Below, one piece after another: positions 1 through 6,810 of a DNA stretch of 64,000 nucleotides (position 1 is the stretch's first letter; the number at the start of each line of letters is the position of its first letter). The stretch lies in the IMG/VR virus record IMGVR_UViG_3300028854_000488; one strand, 5' to 3'. The notes beneath the pieces were generated by a model. It saw only the letters and a program-made list of their open reading frames with translations. It did not search any database and had not been told where the DNA came from. Both the position numbers and the translations under genes were made by a program. Source of the DNA: a virus. Its lineage: Duplodnaviria; Caudoviricetes.

Positions 1-168
1 TTTAGATTCAATAATTTTAGTGTTTATACATCTATTCAATTCAATTATATCATATCTCCTATGATTACCATTAGTTCTTATTGAAGTTATAATTCCATTG
101 CTCTCCCACCGTCTTAGTGTTGATTTGGATACTTTTAAATATTCAGATGCTTCATTCAAATTTAACAT
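1..168 (-). CDS. MerR/excisionase-type HTH protein, 3' end outside window (possible IS607-type TnpA or HTH-endonuclease N-terminus)
   Basis: Manual translation MLNLNEASEYLKVSKSTLRRWESNGIITSIRTNGNHRRYDIIEL matches MerR-like HTH pattern; not in ORF track. Confidence 0.65.
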   Translation of the reverse strand, partial: MLNLNEASEYLKVSKSTLRRWESNGIITSIRTNGNHRRYDIIELNRCINTKIIESK

Positions 169-266
169 TTATTTATTTATTTTTTTTATAAACTATATAT
201 AAATAAAAATAAAGTCAATTTTAGTTAATTTTGAATAATAATAAGCAAATATAAATAAGAATTTAT

Positions 267-362
267 CTAACTGTTACTACCCCAAAATTTTTCACTTGAA
301 TCATTAGAAAAAATTGCAAATTTACCATCACCAAAAAATTCAAAAGTTTTTAAATTTATCAT
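267..362 (-). pseudogene. Short 31-aa ORF, probably a truncated gene starting with the MxxxKxFE motif
   Basis: MINLKTFEFFGDGKFAIFSNDSSEKFWGSNS*, preceded by TAATATATATA promoter-like motif. Confidence 0.3.
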
Positions 363-403
363 ATTCAATGTATTTTTTATATATATTAAATATGACAAAT
401 CAA

Positions 404-862
404 TTATTCTCTATCATATTTTTGATAAGTAGGTAAAGATGGTTTATAATCAGTACCCCATAAATCTGAAGTAATCATAAGATCCGCAGAATGACGATTA
501 CAAGCAACAGGTATATCATGTAATCTACATTGACGTAGCAGCATTTGAATATCTGCTTGATGAGGATTAGCGTTAAGATCATCAATTAAAAAAACGCATA
601 AATCAATTTCATCTTTCACAACCATGGAAGCAATTTCTGCATCTCCACCCATTGGTCCAGAATTCATCATTATTATAGAAACTTTATCAATATTTTTAGA
701 TTCACAATATTTATCTAAGCATTCTTTAATTAATTTACCAGTTGTTCCAGTACAAACCAATTTATTTTGTTGTAATGTTTCAGCATTATATTTAACCCAT
801 TCAATCATATCCTTTTTTCTATAATCATGTGCAATTAATGCAATCATTTTATCTTTTATCAT
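404..862 (-). CDS. mgsA: Methylglyoxal synthase
   Basis: IALIAHD, CTGTTG, SGPMGGD, PHQADI and PVACN motifs align with MgsA catalytic motifs. Confidence 0.93.
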   Translation of the reverse strand: MIKDKMIALIAHDYRKKDMIEWVKYNAETLQQNKLVCTGTTGKLIKECLDKYCESKNIDKVSIIMMNSGPMGGDAEIASMVVKDEIDLCVFLIDDLNANPHQADIQMLLRQCRLHDIPVACNRHSADLMITSDLWGTDYKPSLPTYQKYDRE

Positions 863-1275
863 AATTTATTTTTTAATTTTAAAAATTCTTCTTCAAATAC
901 TATATTTTTTGGCGGCTCTTCTATAAAAAACATATTAGCCATATCTTGGTTAGAATAACCATTAAGATTTATTTTAATGCCAGAATATGCTATTAAAAAT
1001 TCTAAATTTTTATTCTCTTCGGCAAATAAATATAATTTCTTTATTTGATTAATAATATGTTCTGAACTTATTGACGGATGTTTATATTTAGTTAAATCTT
1101 TTGTTACAATTGCATAAGATTGTCCTTGTAACCCATATGCTTGTCCATATATAGCTCCAAATTTTTCTTTTGCTTTGAGTGCGGCGCCTTTTCCATGTCT
1201 GCCTTCTGTATTAGAACCGAAAACAAAGATTTGATTTGGTTTTAATTTTGTTATATTTCCTTTATAAGTTTTCAT
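859..1275 (-). CDS. A1S_2505-family phage protein (macro-domain-like by inference)
   Basis: IFVFGSNTEGRHGKGAA...FGAIYGQAYGLQGQSYAIVTK family motif; start moved to MKTYKG at 1275. Confidence 0.65.
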   Translation of the reverse strand: MKTYKGNITKLKPNQIFVFGSNTEGRHGKGAALKAKEKFGAIYGQAYGLQGQSYAIVTKDLTKYKHPSISSEHIINQIKKLYLFAEENKNLEFLIAYSGIKINLNGYSNQDMANMFFIEEPPKNIVFEEEFLKLKNKL

Positions 1276-1307
1276 ACAACAAATATACAACAAAAAATTG
1301 AATAAAA

Positions 1308-1336
1308 AAAGAGGATTCATAATTGATCCTCTTTTT
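1308..1336. terminator. Intrinsic terminator hairpin
   Basis: AAAAAAGAGGAT...ATCCTCTTTTTT inverted repeat with A/T tails. Confidence 0.6.
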
Positions 1337-1357
1337 TAACTTTAATTGTTTGTAAAA

Positions 1358-1537
1358 TTACTTTTTTGATGTAGCTTCAACAGATGCTGATCTATAAGGA
1401 GTAACTAATTTTTTAATTTCACCAAAAGCTTTTCTAACATCGGCCTCAGCAGATTTATTTCCTTTTGTAACAAATTTTTCATGTTTTTCTTTTACAATTT
1501 CGAATTGTTCAAGAATTTGAGCATAAATTTCTTCCAT
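1358..1537 (-). CDS. Histone H1-like (Hc1-type) small basic protein
   Basis: Manual translation (59 aa) MEEIYAQILEQFEIVKEKHEKFVTKGNKSAEADVRKAFGEIKKLVTPYRSASVEATSKK resembles Bacteroidota Hc1-like proteins (GNKxA..RK....K....YR..S). Confidence 0.7.
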   Translation of the reverse strand: MEEIYAQILEQFEIVKEKHEKFVTKGNKSAEADVRKAFGEIKKLVTPYRSASVEATSKK

Positions 1538-1650
1538 TATATATTATTTTATTTTTATAATCAATTTTTTAATTGATTTTTTAGAATATATCTTAATTTT
1601 TTAATAAAGTTTATTTTTTAATTAATTATATTCAACTTAATTATATATTA

Positions 1651-2043
1651 TTAGTCTATGGTCCTGTTTTTAGATATATCATCAATGTTCTTCAATTTTA
1701 TGTTTCTTTCATACTTTAAAACATCAGATTCATTGAATGATTTTCTCATATCAGGATATTGATAAATGCTCCAGCACTCTGATCCATCATATTCATATCT
1801 TTGCATCCAAGCGCCATCTTCACAAAATATAACTCCATATAAATTTTGACCTCCATATCCATTATCATAATTATGATTTAATGATTCTAAAAAATCGTTA
1901 TAATCATTTTTACTAAATAATGGTTTTAATTTAATATCATATACAACACCATCAATATCATAATATTGTATTTCTGATGCAATTAATTTATAATTTTTTA
2001 TAATATCTAAAAATTCTTTTTTTGCATTCGTACCTTCTTTCAT
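1651..2043 (-). CDS. Conserved phage hypothetical protein
   Basis: YDNGYGGQNLYG...W..RYEYDGSECW motif; C-terminal ERNIKLKNI tail. Confidence 0.6.
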   Translation of the reverse strand: MKEGTNAKKEFLDIIKNYKLIASEIQYYDIDGVVYDIKLKPLFSKNDYNDFLESLNHNYDNGYGGQNLYGVIFCEDGAWMQRYEYDGSECWSIYQYPDMRKSFNESDVLKYERNIKLKNIDDISKNRTID

Positions 2044-2064
2044 ATAAAAAATATTTTTTAAAAA

Positions 2065-2850
2065 TTAATTAAAATAATTAAATTCTTCTTCAATAGCATT
2101 AATCAATTTTGGCATATTAGCAGAATAAAAACCAGCAGCATTAATACAACCCAATTCAACTATCTTATATTCAGGTGTTCCATTAATAATAACTTCACAT
2201 ATATCAATAACAAAAGAATTTGCTATTTGATAAATTTTAATCATTCTTCTACAAAATTCTAATGCACCATCATCAACAACTTCACTTCTGTGAATAAAAC
2301 TACCCATTCGATAAAGACTTCCAGTTATAACTTGTCCACCAACTATCCAAAATCTAAATTCTTTGGTTATTTTTTTAACAGAACTAACTTGTATTTTAGT
2401 GTCTTTTGTTAATGATGTTTCATATTCACTATTTAAAAAAGAGTCTCTAAATTCTATCCATTCATACATATCAAATACCTTTCCTGTAAAAGTTTTCGTA
2501 TCTTCACATGGTCTTGCAAAAAACAAGTCAGTTCTATTAATATTATCTCCAAAGTTTTGAATTATAGAGTCATAATTTAATAAATTATCTTTATAATAAC
2601 TACTATAAATTCTATAATCATGATTTTTATTCAATTGAGAGCCAGGAAACCATTCATATTTTTTTGCTAATCTTGCCATTTTAACAGAACCAAAACAAAA
2701 AACATCTTTTCTATTAGTATTAAACTCAAAATCTTCAACAAAAGGTAAAACCTTAACTATCTCATACGGTAATTCCATTCTATCTAATGCTTTAACTAAA
2801 TTATCATAATTTTCTTCTTTAAAAGTATTTTCTTGAATTACGTAGTACAT
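2065..2850 (-). CDS. ATP-grasp domain protein (R2K/DUF4343-like)
   Basis: FFARPCEDTKTFTG, KEFRFWIVGGQVITGSLYR, FVIDI, IVELGCINAAGFY. Confidence 0.8.
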   Translation of the reverse strand: MYYVIQENTFKEENYDNLVKALDRMELPYEIVKVLPFVEDFEFNTNRKDVFCFGSVKMARLAKKYEWFPGSQLNKNHDYRIYSSYYKDNLLNYDSIIQNFGDNINRTDLFFARPCEDTKTFTGKVFDMYEWIEFRDSFLNSEYETSLTKDTKIQVSSVKKITKEFRFWIVGGQVITGSLYRMGSFIHRSEVVDDGALEFCRRMIKIYQIANSFVIDICEVIINGTPEYKIVELGCINAAGFYSANMPKLINAIEEEFNYFN

Positions 2851-2919
2851 TATTTTTATATTTTTATATTTTTATTATCTATTAAAAAAAACAATTTTTG
2901 TTTATTAATATATACAAAT

Positions 2920-3660
2920 ATGCAAACAATTTTTCAAAAGTTCATAAATGAACACATATCACCTGATATAACACGCTCTCTGAAATATAAGACAGAACTA
3001 CCATTAAATGATGAAATATTTATGTCCGCTGTTGAAAATACACCAGGAACAAAAATATTAGATGATGGACTATTACTAAATGTAGTTCGTTACCAAAAAC
3101 CAGAGCAAGATGGAGAAACATCAATAAGAACTGGTGTATTCTATCTACCAATAGAAGATAAAAATGTCAAAGAATATCGTGGAGGAAAAAGTGGTTATGG
3201 AGGAACAGATAAACATGAAGGAGAAATTCTATTAAAAAATCCACTATTTATAAAAGGCGCAACTGGAGGTAAACTTTCTGAAAATGCATATGACAAAATT
3301 AACGGAAAAGGTGCTACGAATGAATTAAAAGATACTATATTCAAAACTGCAATTAAATATAATCCTCAACCAGAAGATGTTGCTGATGTACTAACTAAAT
3401 ACAATAAAGACTCTAATTATGATGAAAATTGCGATTTAGGATATGATATAATAAGACATAGTAGACAACACAATACACTCAGATACGCAATACAAGAAAA
3501 TATAATAGCAAATTCTGTTAGAGATGCTGGATATGATTCAATTTTAGGATATAGTAGAAGAAAAAATGGAGATTATTATATATCTGAAATATTTGATGTA
3601 AGAGAATTAACATATCCATCAAATGATTGGAAAGCAGATATACACAGTAAATTTTTATAA
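2920..3660 (+). CDS. Hypothetical protein, possible virion-associated ADP-ribosyltransferase-like domain
   Basis: N-terminal MQTIFQKFINE motif; GVFYLP, LLKNPL, AGYDSI, SEIFD loosely recall ART-PolyVal-type domains. Confidence 0.35.
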   Translation: MQTIFQKFINEHISPDITRSLKYKTELPLNDEIFMSAVENTPGTKILDDGLLLNVVRYQKPEQDGETSIRTGVFYLPIEDKNVKEYRGGKSGYGGTDKHEGEILLKNPLFIKGATGGKLSENAYDKINGKGATNELKDTIFKTAIKYNPQPEDVADVLTKYNKDSNYDENCDLGYDIIRHSRQHNTLRYAIQENIIANSVRDAGYDSILGYSRRKNGDYYISEIFDVRELTYPSNDWKADIHSKFL

Positions 3661-3668
3661 TATATCAG

Positions 3669-4100
3669 TTATGCCTTTTTAAATCTTTCTATTAATTCAG
3701 AAACCAAACAAATTTCATCAATTCCTTCTAATGGAGTAGCTGTTATTATTTCTCCTCGTTCTATAAAAGTTTTGACACCAATAATAAATTTATGTACAAT
3801 ATTTGTTTTAGTTTTTAATAAATAACCATTGTAAGCTTTTTGTTTTGCTCTATCTGATCTATAAGATGCTGTCAAATCAATATAATATTTAATACCATTT
3901 TGTTCTATTATAAAATCAAAATCTATTATTTGAGTTAATCCATACTGATTTATAAATGTTGGTTTTTGAGATTTTTTTGCTTTATCATAACCTGTTTTAA
4001 ATTTAAATTCTTTTTCTAAATTACTACCATTTATAGATTTTTTTCTATTTTCTTTTGAACTTGACGTTTTTTTAGTTCTTTTTATTTTTTCTGATATCAT
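3669..4100 (-). CDS. PD-(D/E)xK nuclease, type II REase-like
   Basis: E..DFDFII....YYIDLTASYRSDRAKQ; start moved to MISEK because the longer ORF overlaps tRNA-Lys. Confidence 0.5.
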   Translation of the reverse strand: MISEKIKRTKKTSSSKENRKKSINGSNLEKEFKFKTGYDKAKKSQKPTFINQYGLTQIIDFDFIIEQNGIKYYIDLTASYRSDRAKQKAYNGYLLKTKTNIVHKFIIGVKTFIERGEIITATPLEGIDEICLVSELIERFKKA

Positions 4101-4154
4101 CTTGTATATTTTATACAAAATATAGTCGAATAATACACAAAAGTTTAAAAAATG

Positions 4155-4226
4155 TGCTCTTGATGTGAATCGAACACACAATCCTTTCCTTAAGAGGGAA
4201 CCGCTTTACCATTGAGCTACAAAAGC
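4155..4226 (-). tRNA. trnK: tRNA-Lys(CTT), class I architecture
   Basis: Acceptor GCTTTTG/CAAGAGC, anticodon loop CTCTTAA, T-loop TTCGATT, 5-nt variable region. Confidence 0.9.
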
Positions 4227-4238
4227 ATTTTAATGTCA

Positions 4239-4332
4239 AAAAAGATTACAAAGGTTGCCAACCTTTACTGATGACTAGTTAGAAACTATTAGAATCAAAC
4301 CAAGACTTTCAGCACTTCATCAATAATCTTTT
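4239..4332 (-). ncRNA. Candidate structured ncRNA in tRNA cluster
   Basis: Nested stems AAAAGATTA/TAATCTTTT, TTGATGA/TCATCAG and hairpin AAAGGTT/AACCTTT. Confidence 0.4.
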
Positions 4333-4339
4333 CTTAGAG

Positions 4340-4426
4340 GGTGCAAGATGAGATTCGAACTCACATTAACTATTAAGTATTCCTGATTCACAGTCAGGGC
4401 GGCATCCCTTACCGACTACATGCACC
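4340..4426 (-). tRNA. trnH: tRNA-His(GTG) with encoded G-1 and a 17-nt variable region
   Basis: G-1:C73, anticodon arm CCTGA-CTGTGAA-TCAGG, T arm GTGAG-TTCGAAT-CTCAT, variable AATACTTAATAGTTAAT. Confidence 0.85.
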
Positions 4427-4455
4427 ATATATAATATTCACATTCTGAATATTTG

Positions 4456-4545
4456 CGGTGACTGTGAGGATCGAACTCACGCAACGCTTTTTACACGCCC
4501 TACTGGTTTAGCAAACCAGCCCCTTTACCATTTGGGTAAATCACC
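4456..4545 (-). tRNA. trnS: tRNA-Ser(GCT)
   Basis: Anticodon arm CTGGT-TTGCTAA-ACCAG, long variable arm, T-loop TTCGATC, G73. Confidence 0.92.
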
Positions 4546-5250
4546 ATTATTTTTTAATTTATTAATTATTCCACTAATAGTACTTTTAGATGCATTATAA
4601 TGTTTAGCAATATCAACTTGTTTTATTCCAGAATTATACATTTTTATTATTTCTTCTCTTGAAATTTTACATTGTCTTTCTATATATTTTGAATTTTCTA
4701 CTTTATTATATATTTCTTCTTTAAATTCTTCAAAAAATTCAATATCTGAATGTTCTTCAATATGACAATTTCTACATAAAACATCACATTTATCTAATTC
4801 ATCTATAATATTATCTTTTAATTCTGCTATACTATTTATTCTAATTCCTAATGAACCAATACAAAATAATTTATTTTTTGAATCTCTATGATGAAAAGAT
4901 AATGATGCTGCACATTTATCATATCCGCATTTTTCGCATTTTTCTCCTTTATATTTTAAATATATTAACTTACTTTTTCTTCTATGTTCATTTGTATTTT
5001 CTATATTTTCATTATAATGTTTTTCCATGTGACAATTTTCACATAATAATTCACATTTTTCAATTTCTTTTTTTATTTTTGAAAATCTACTAGTTTTTAT
5101 TTGTGATATAGTAAAATCTTTATCTGTTAAATGATGAAAAGATAAGTGAAATATATTATCATCACCACATTTGATACATTTTCCACCTAAATAATTTATT
5201 GCTTTTATTTTTTTGCATAACATATCTATTTTTTGCCATTCTTTTTTCAT
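4525..5250 (-). mobile_element. Free-standing HNH endonuclease (two tandem Zn/HNH units plus C-terminal HTH) inserted in tRNA cluster
   Basis: Two CxxC...FHH...C.(L/V)LC.NCH units; C-terminal GIKQVDIAKHYNASKSTISGI HTH. Confidence 0.85.
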
Positions 5251-5293
5251 AGTTCGTATTTTTATTTGTATATATTAAATAAAAATACGAACT
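5251..5293 (-). promoter_or_regulatory. Perfect 17-bp hairpin abutting HNH start codon, with TAATATATA motif at the loop
   Basis: AGTTCGTATTTTTATTT-(AATATATAC)-AAATAAAAATACGAACT-ATG on minus strand. Confidence 0.7.
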
Positions 5294-5323
5294 TTTATTA
5301 CTTTATTAATAAACATTTTGATG

Positions 5324-5411
5324 CGGTAAGTTGAGGACCCGACCCCCATCCGATTAAACGAAACCTAGTTTTCAAGACTAGTCGTCACTCCAATTGACTG
5401 CTTAACTTACC
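5324..5411 (-). tRNA. trnS: tRNA-Ser(TGA) with 8/4 acceptor/T-stem architecture
   Basis: 8-bp acceptor GGTAAGTT/AACTTACC, 4-bp T stem GGGG/CCTC, T-loop GTCGGGT, anticodon arm CTAGT-CTTGAAA-ACTAG, long V arm. Confidence 0.8.
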
Positions 5412-5421
5412 ATTTATTTTG

Positions 5422-5503
5422 CACGCCATATTGGGATTCGAACCCATGAACCTTACGGAATGATTTTGGAGATCATCTGCTTTGACCACTTGCTTAATGA
5501 CGC
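5422..5503 (-). tRNA. trnW: tRNA-Trp(CCA) with class II-like D-loop and long variable arm
   Basis: Anticodon arm ATGAT-CTCCAAA-ATCAT, variable TCCGTAAGGTTC, T-loop TTCGAAT, G73. Confidence 0.82.
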
Positions 5504-5520
5504 ATATTATTTTTATTCAG

Positions 5521-5595
5521 CGAGTAAACGGTGAGTTCAACACCAGCCTTTGGTTTTTCAGACCAACGTACAATAAGCACCTATACGATTTACCC
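5521..5595 (-). tRNA. trnF: Atypical tRNA-Phe(GAA)
   Basis: Acceptor GGGTAAA/TTTACTC, anticodon arm TTGGT-CTGAAAA-ACCAA, T-loop TTGAACT, D-loop with GC instead of GG. Confidence 0.75.
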
Positions 5596-5603
5596 TTATA
5601 CCA

Positions 5604-5915
5604 TCACTTGATTTTATCAAGTATTATTTTTCTTTCATATTCCAAATCTAATTTCTCAATCACTGAGAATGGCGAAACACCTATTCCTGAATATGTAATA
5701 TCTTCAAATCCATTTTCTTTTGTAATTAGGCTTTCATTTTCTGATATTGCACCTGAATATTTATCATATCCTTTTTTATGTTCAATATCACCTGTACTTG
5801 GATTATATGATCCCCAACTTGATGATCTTTTTGAACCAATTGGTTCCACATAATAACTTTTACCTGTTTTTAATGACTTAACAATGAATCTACCTGTTTC
5901 ATCTCTTTGTGTCAT
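5604..5915 (-). CDS. Conserved phage hypothetical protein within tRNA operon
   Basis: GRFIVKSLKTGKSYYVEPIG...WG..NPSTG...KY.GAI.E.ESLIT.ENGF. Confidence 0.65.
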   Translation of the reverse strand: MTQRDETGRFIVKSLKTGKSYYVEPIGSKRSSSWGSYNPSTGDIEHKKGYDKYSGAISENESLITKENGFEDITYSGIGVSPFSVIEKLDLEYERKIILDKIK

Positions 5916-5980
5916 AAACTTTTTGTCGAAATCTAACTTTACCCCATGATTTTAATATTTATTTTTTATAATAGCTTCTC

Positions 5981-6041
5981 ACTATTCAGATGGATAATTT
6001 TTATGCCCAGCCTAACTGAATAACTGTCATCCACTATGACA
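5981..6041 (-). ncRNA. Candidate structured (pseudoknotted) RNA 3' of tRNA-Lys(TTT)
   Basis: Stems TGTCAT/ATGACA and TATTCAG/CTGAATA, with possible TGGAT/ATCCA pairing. Confidence 0.3.
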
Positions 6042-6045
6042 AATG

Positions 6046-6128
6046 TGTACCCTACGAGATTCGAACTCGTGTTGTCCATATGGACCCTGATTAAAAGTCA
6101 GGAGCATAAACCACTCTGCCAAAGGTAC
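6046..6128 (-). tRNA. trnK: tRNA-Lys(TTT) with class II body (3-bp D stem, long variable arm)
   Basis: Acceptor GTACCTT/AGGGTAC, anticodon arm CCTGA-CTTTTAA-TCAGG, V arm GTCC-ATAT-GGAC, T arm ACGAG-TTCGAAT-CTCGT. Confidence 0.9.
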
Positions 6129-6140
6129 TTAATATATTTA

Positions 6141-6176
6141 AACAAAAAATCCAAACTTTTTGAGTTTGGATTTTTT
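6141..6176 (-). terminator. Intrinsic terminator (putative attenuator) immediately upstream of tRNA operon
   Basis: TCCAAACT-CAAAA-AGTTTGGA followed by TTTTTTGTTT on minus strand. Confidence 0.8.
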
Positions 6177-6201
6177 ATATTTCTTTTTACATTTATTAAT
6201 G

Positions 6202-6309
6202 TCAACTTATATTTACAATAAGGCAAGAAGTATCTGTTCCAAACTTGGTTTTTCTAAACCAGAATTTAAAGGACTTTGATGAACTACTATGTTTACTTAT
6301 TGCTCTCAT
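6202..6309 (-). CDS. 35-aa putative leader peptide of tRNA-operon attenuator
   Basis: MRAISKHSSSSKSFKFWFRKTKFGTDTSCLIVNIS; contains AGTTTGGA (6238-6245) complementary to terminator 5' arm; not in ORF track. Confidence 0.65.
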   Translation of the reverse strand: MRAISKHSSSSKSFKFWFRKTKFGTDTSCLIVNIS

Positions 6310-6350
6310 TATTTTTAAATTTTTATCTTGTTATTTTTTTTTATTCTTTG

Positions 6351-6360
6351 TTATATATAA
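6351..6360. promoter_or_regulatory. TTATATATAA motif, putative phage (late-type) promoter, recurring genome-wide
   Basis: Same (T/A)TATATA core just upstream of many genes (about 34052, 44991, 46113, 48967, 53358, 54799, 56586, 63225). Confidence 0.55.
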
Positions 6361-6411
6361 TAGGAAAAAAGTCATTTTTTTCTATTTTTGTTTTCTTTTA
6401 ATTTGATAGTG

Positions 6412-6443
6412 CAAAATTACAAAAAAGTTTTCAAACTACCAAA
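6412..6443 (-). promoter_or_regulatory. Bacteroidota-type sigma promoter
   Basis: TTTG-N20-TAATTTTG. Confidence 0.75.
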
Positions 6444-6472
6444 AATTTATTGAATTATTTTAATTATTTTAA

Positions 6473-6715
6473 TTATTTTAATTTTTTAAATAAATCATAT
6501 GGTAAATTTGTAACGAATTCAATACCATCTTCATCATTTTCCCAAGTATAATCATTTTCTTCCATTATTTTATAATCTCCGAACAATAATAATATTTCTC
6601 TCAATAAGATACTTTCTATGCTTGCCAACTCAATATCAGAAACAATAACCAAATTATTATTATTTTCAAACATTACGCTACCTATTTTTTTTAAATCTTC
6701 TTTATATAAATTCAT
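6473..6715 (-). CDS. Small acidic hypothetical protein (early-promoter cassette)
   Basis: ORF directly downstream of promoter at 6749-6780. Confidence 0.55.
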   Translation of the reverse strand: MNLYKEDLKKIGSVMFENNNNLVIVSDIELASIESILLREILLLFGDYKIMEENDYTWENDEDGIEFVTNLPYDLFKKLK

Positions 6716-6748
6716 ATTTTATTTTGTTTTTCTTTTAATTTGATAGTA

Positions 6749-6780
6749 CAAAATTACAATAAAGTTTTTAATCTACCAAA
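6749..6780 (-). promoter_or_regulatory. Bacteroidota-type sigma promoter (near-duplicate of 6412-6443 region)
   Basis: TTTG-N20-TAATTTTG inside an imperfect direct repeat of about 85 bp. Confidence 0.75.
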
Positions 6781-6810
6781 CATTTATTGAATTAATTTTA
6801 AATTATTTTT

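Noticed and set aside
4250-4300. CTGATGA and GAAA on the plus strand suggest a hammerhead ribozyme
   Set aside because: CTGATGA is paired in a stem, and GAAA and the NUH site are not in hammerhead order.
5925-5946. GGGGTAAAGTTAGATTTCGAC on the minus strand resembles a tmRNA 5' end, and smpB is nearby
   Set aside because: No matching 3' T-arm/acceptor with Ala identity at the expected distance; the region is occupied by a plausible CDS and a complete tRNA-Phe.
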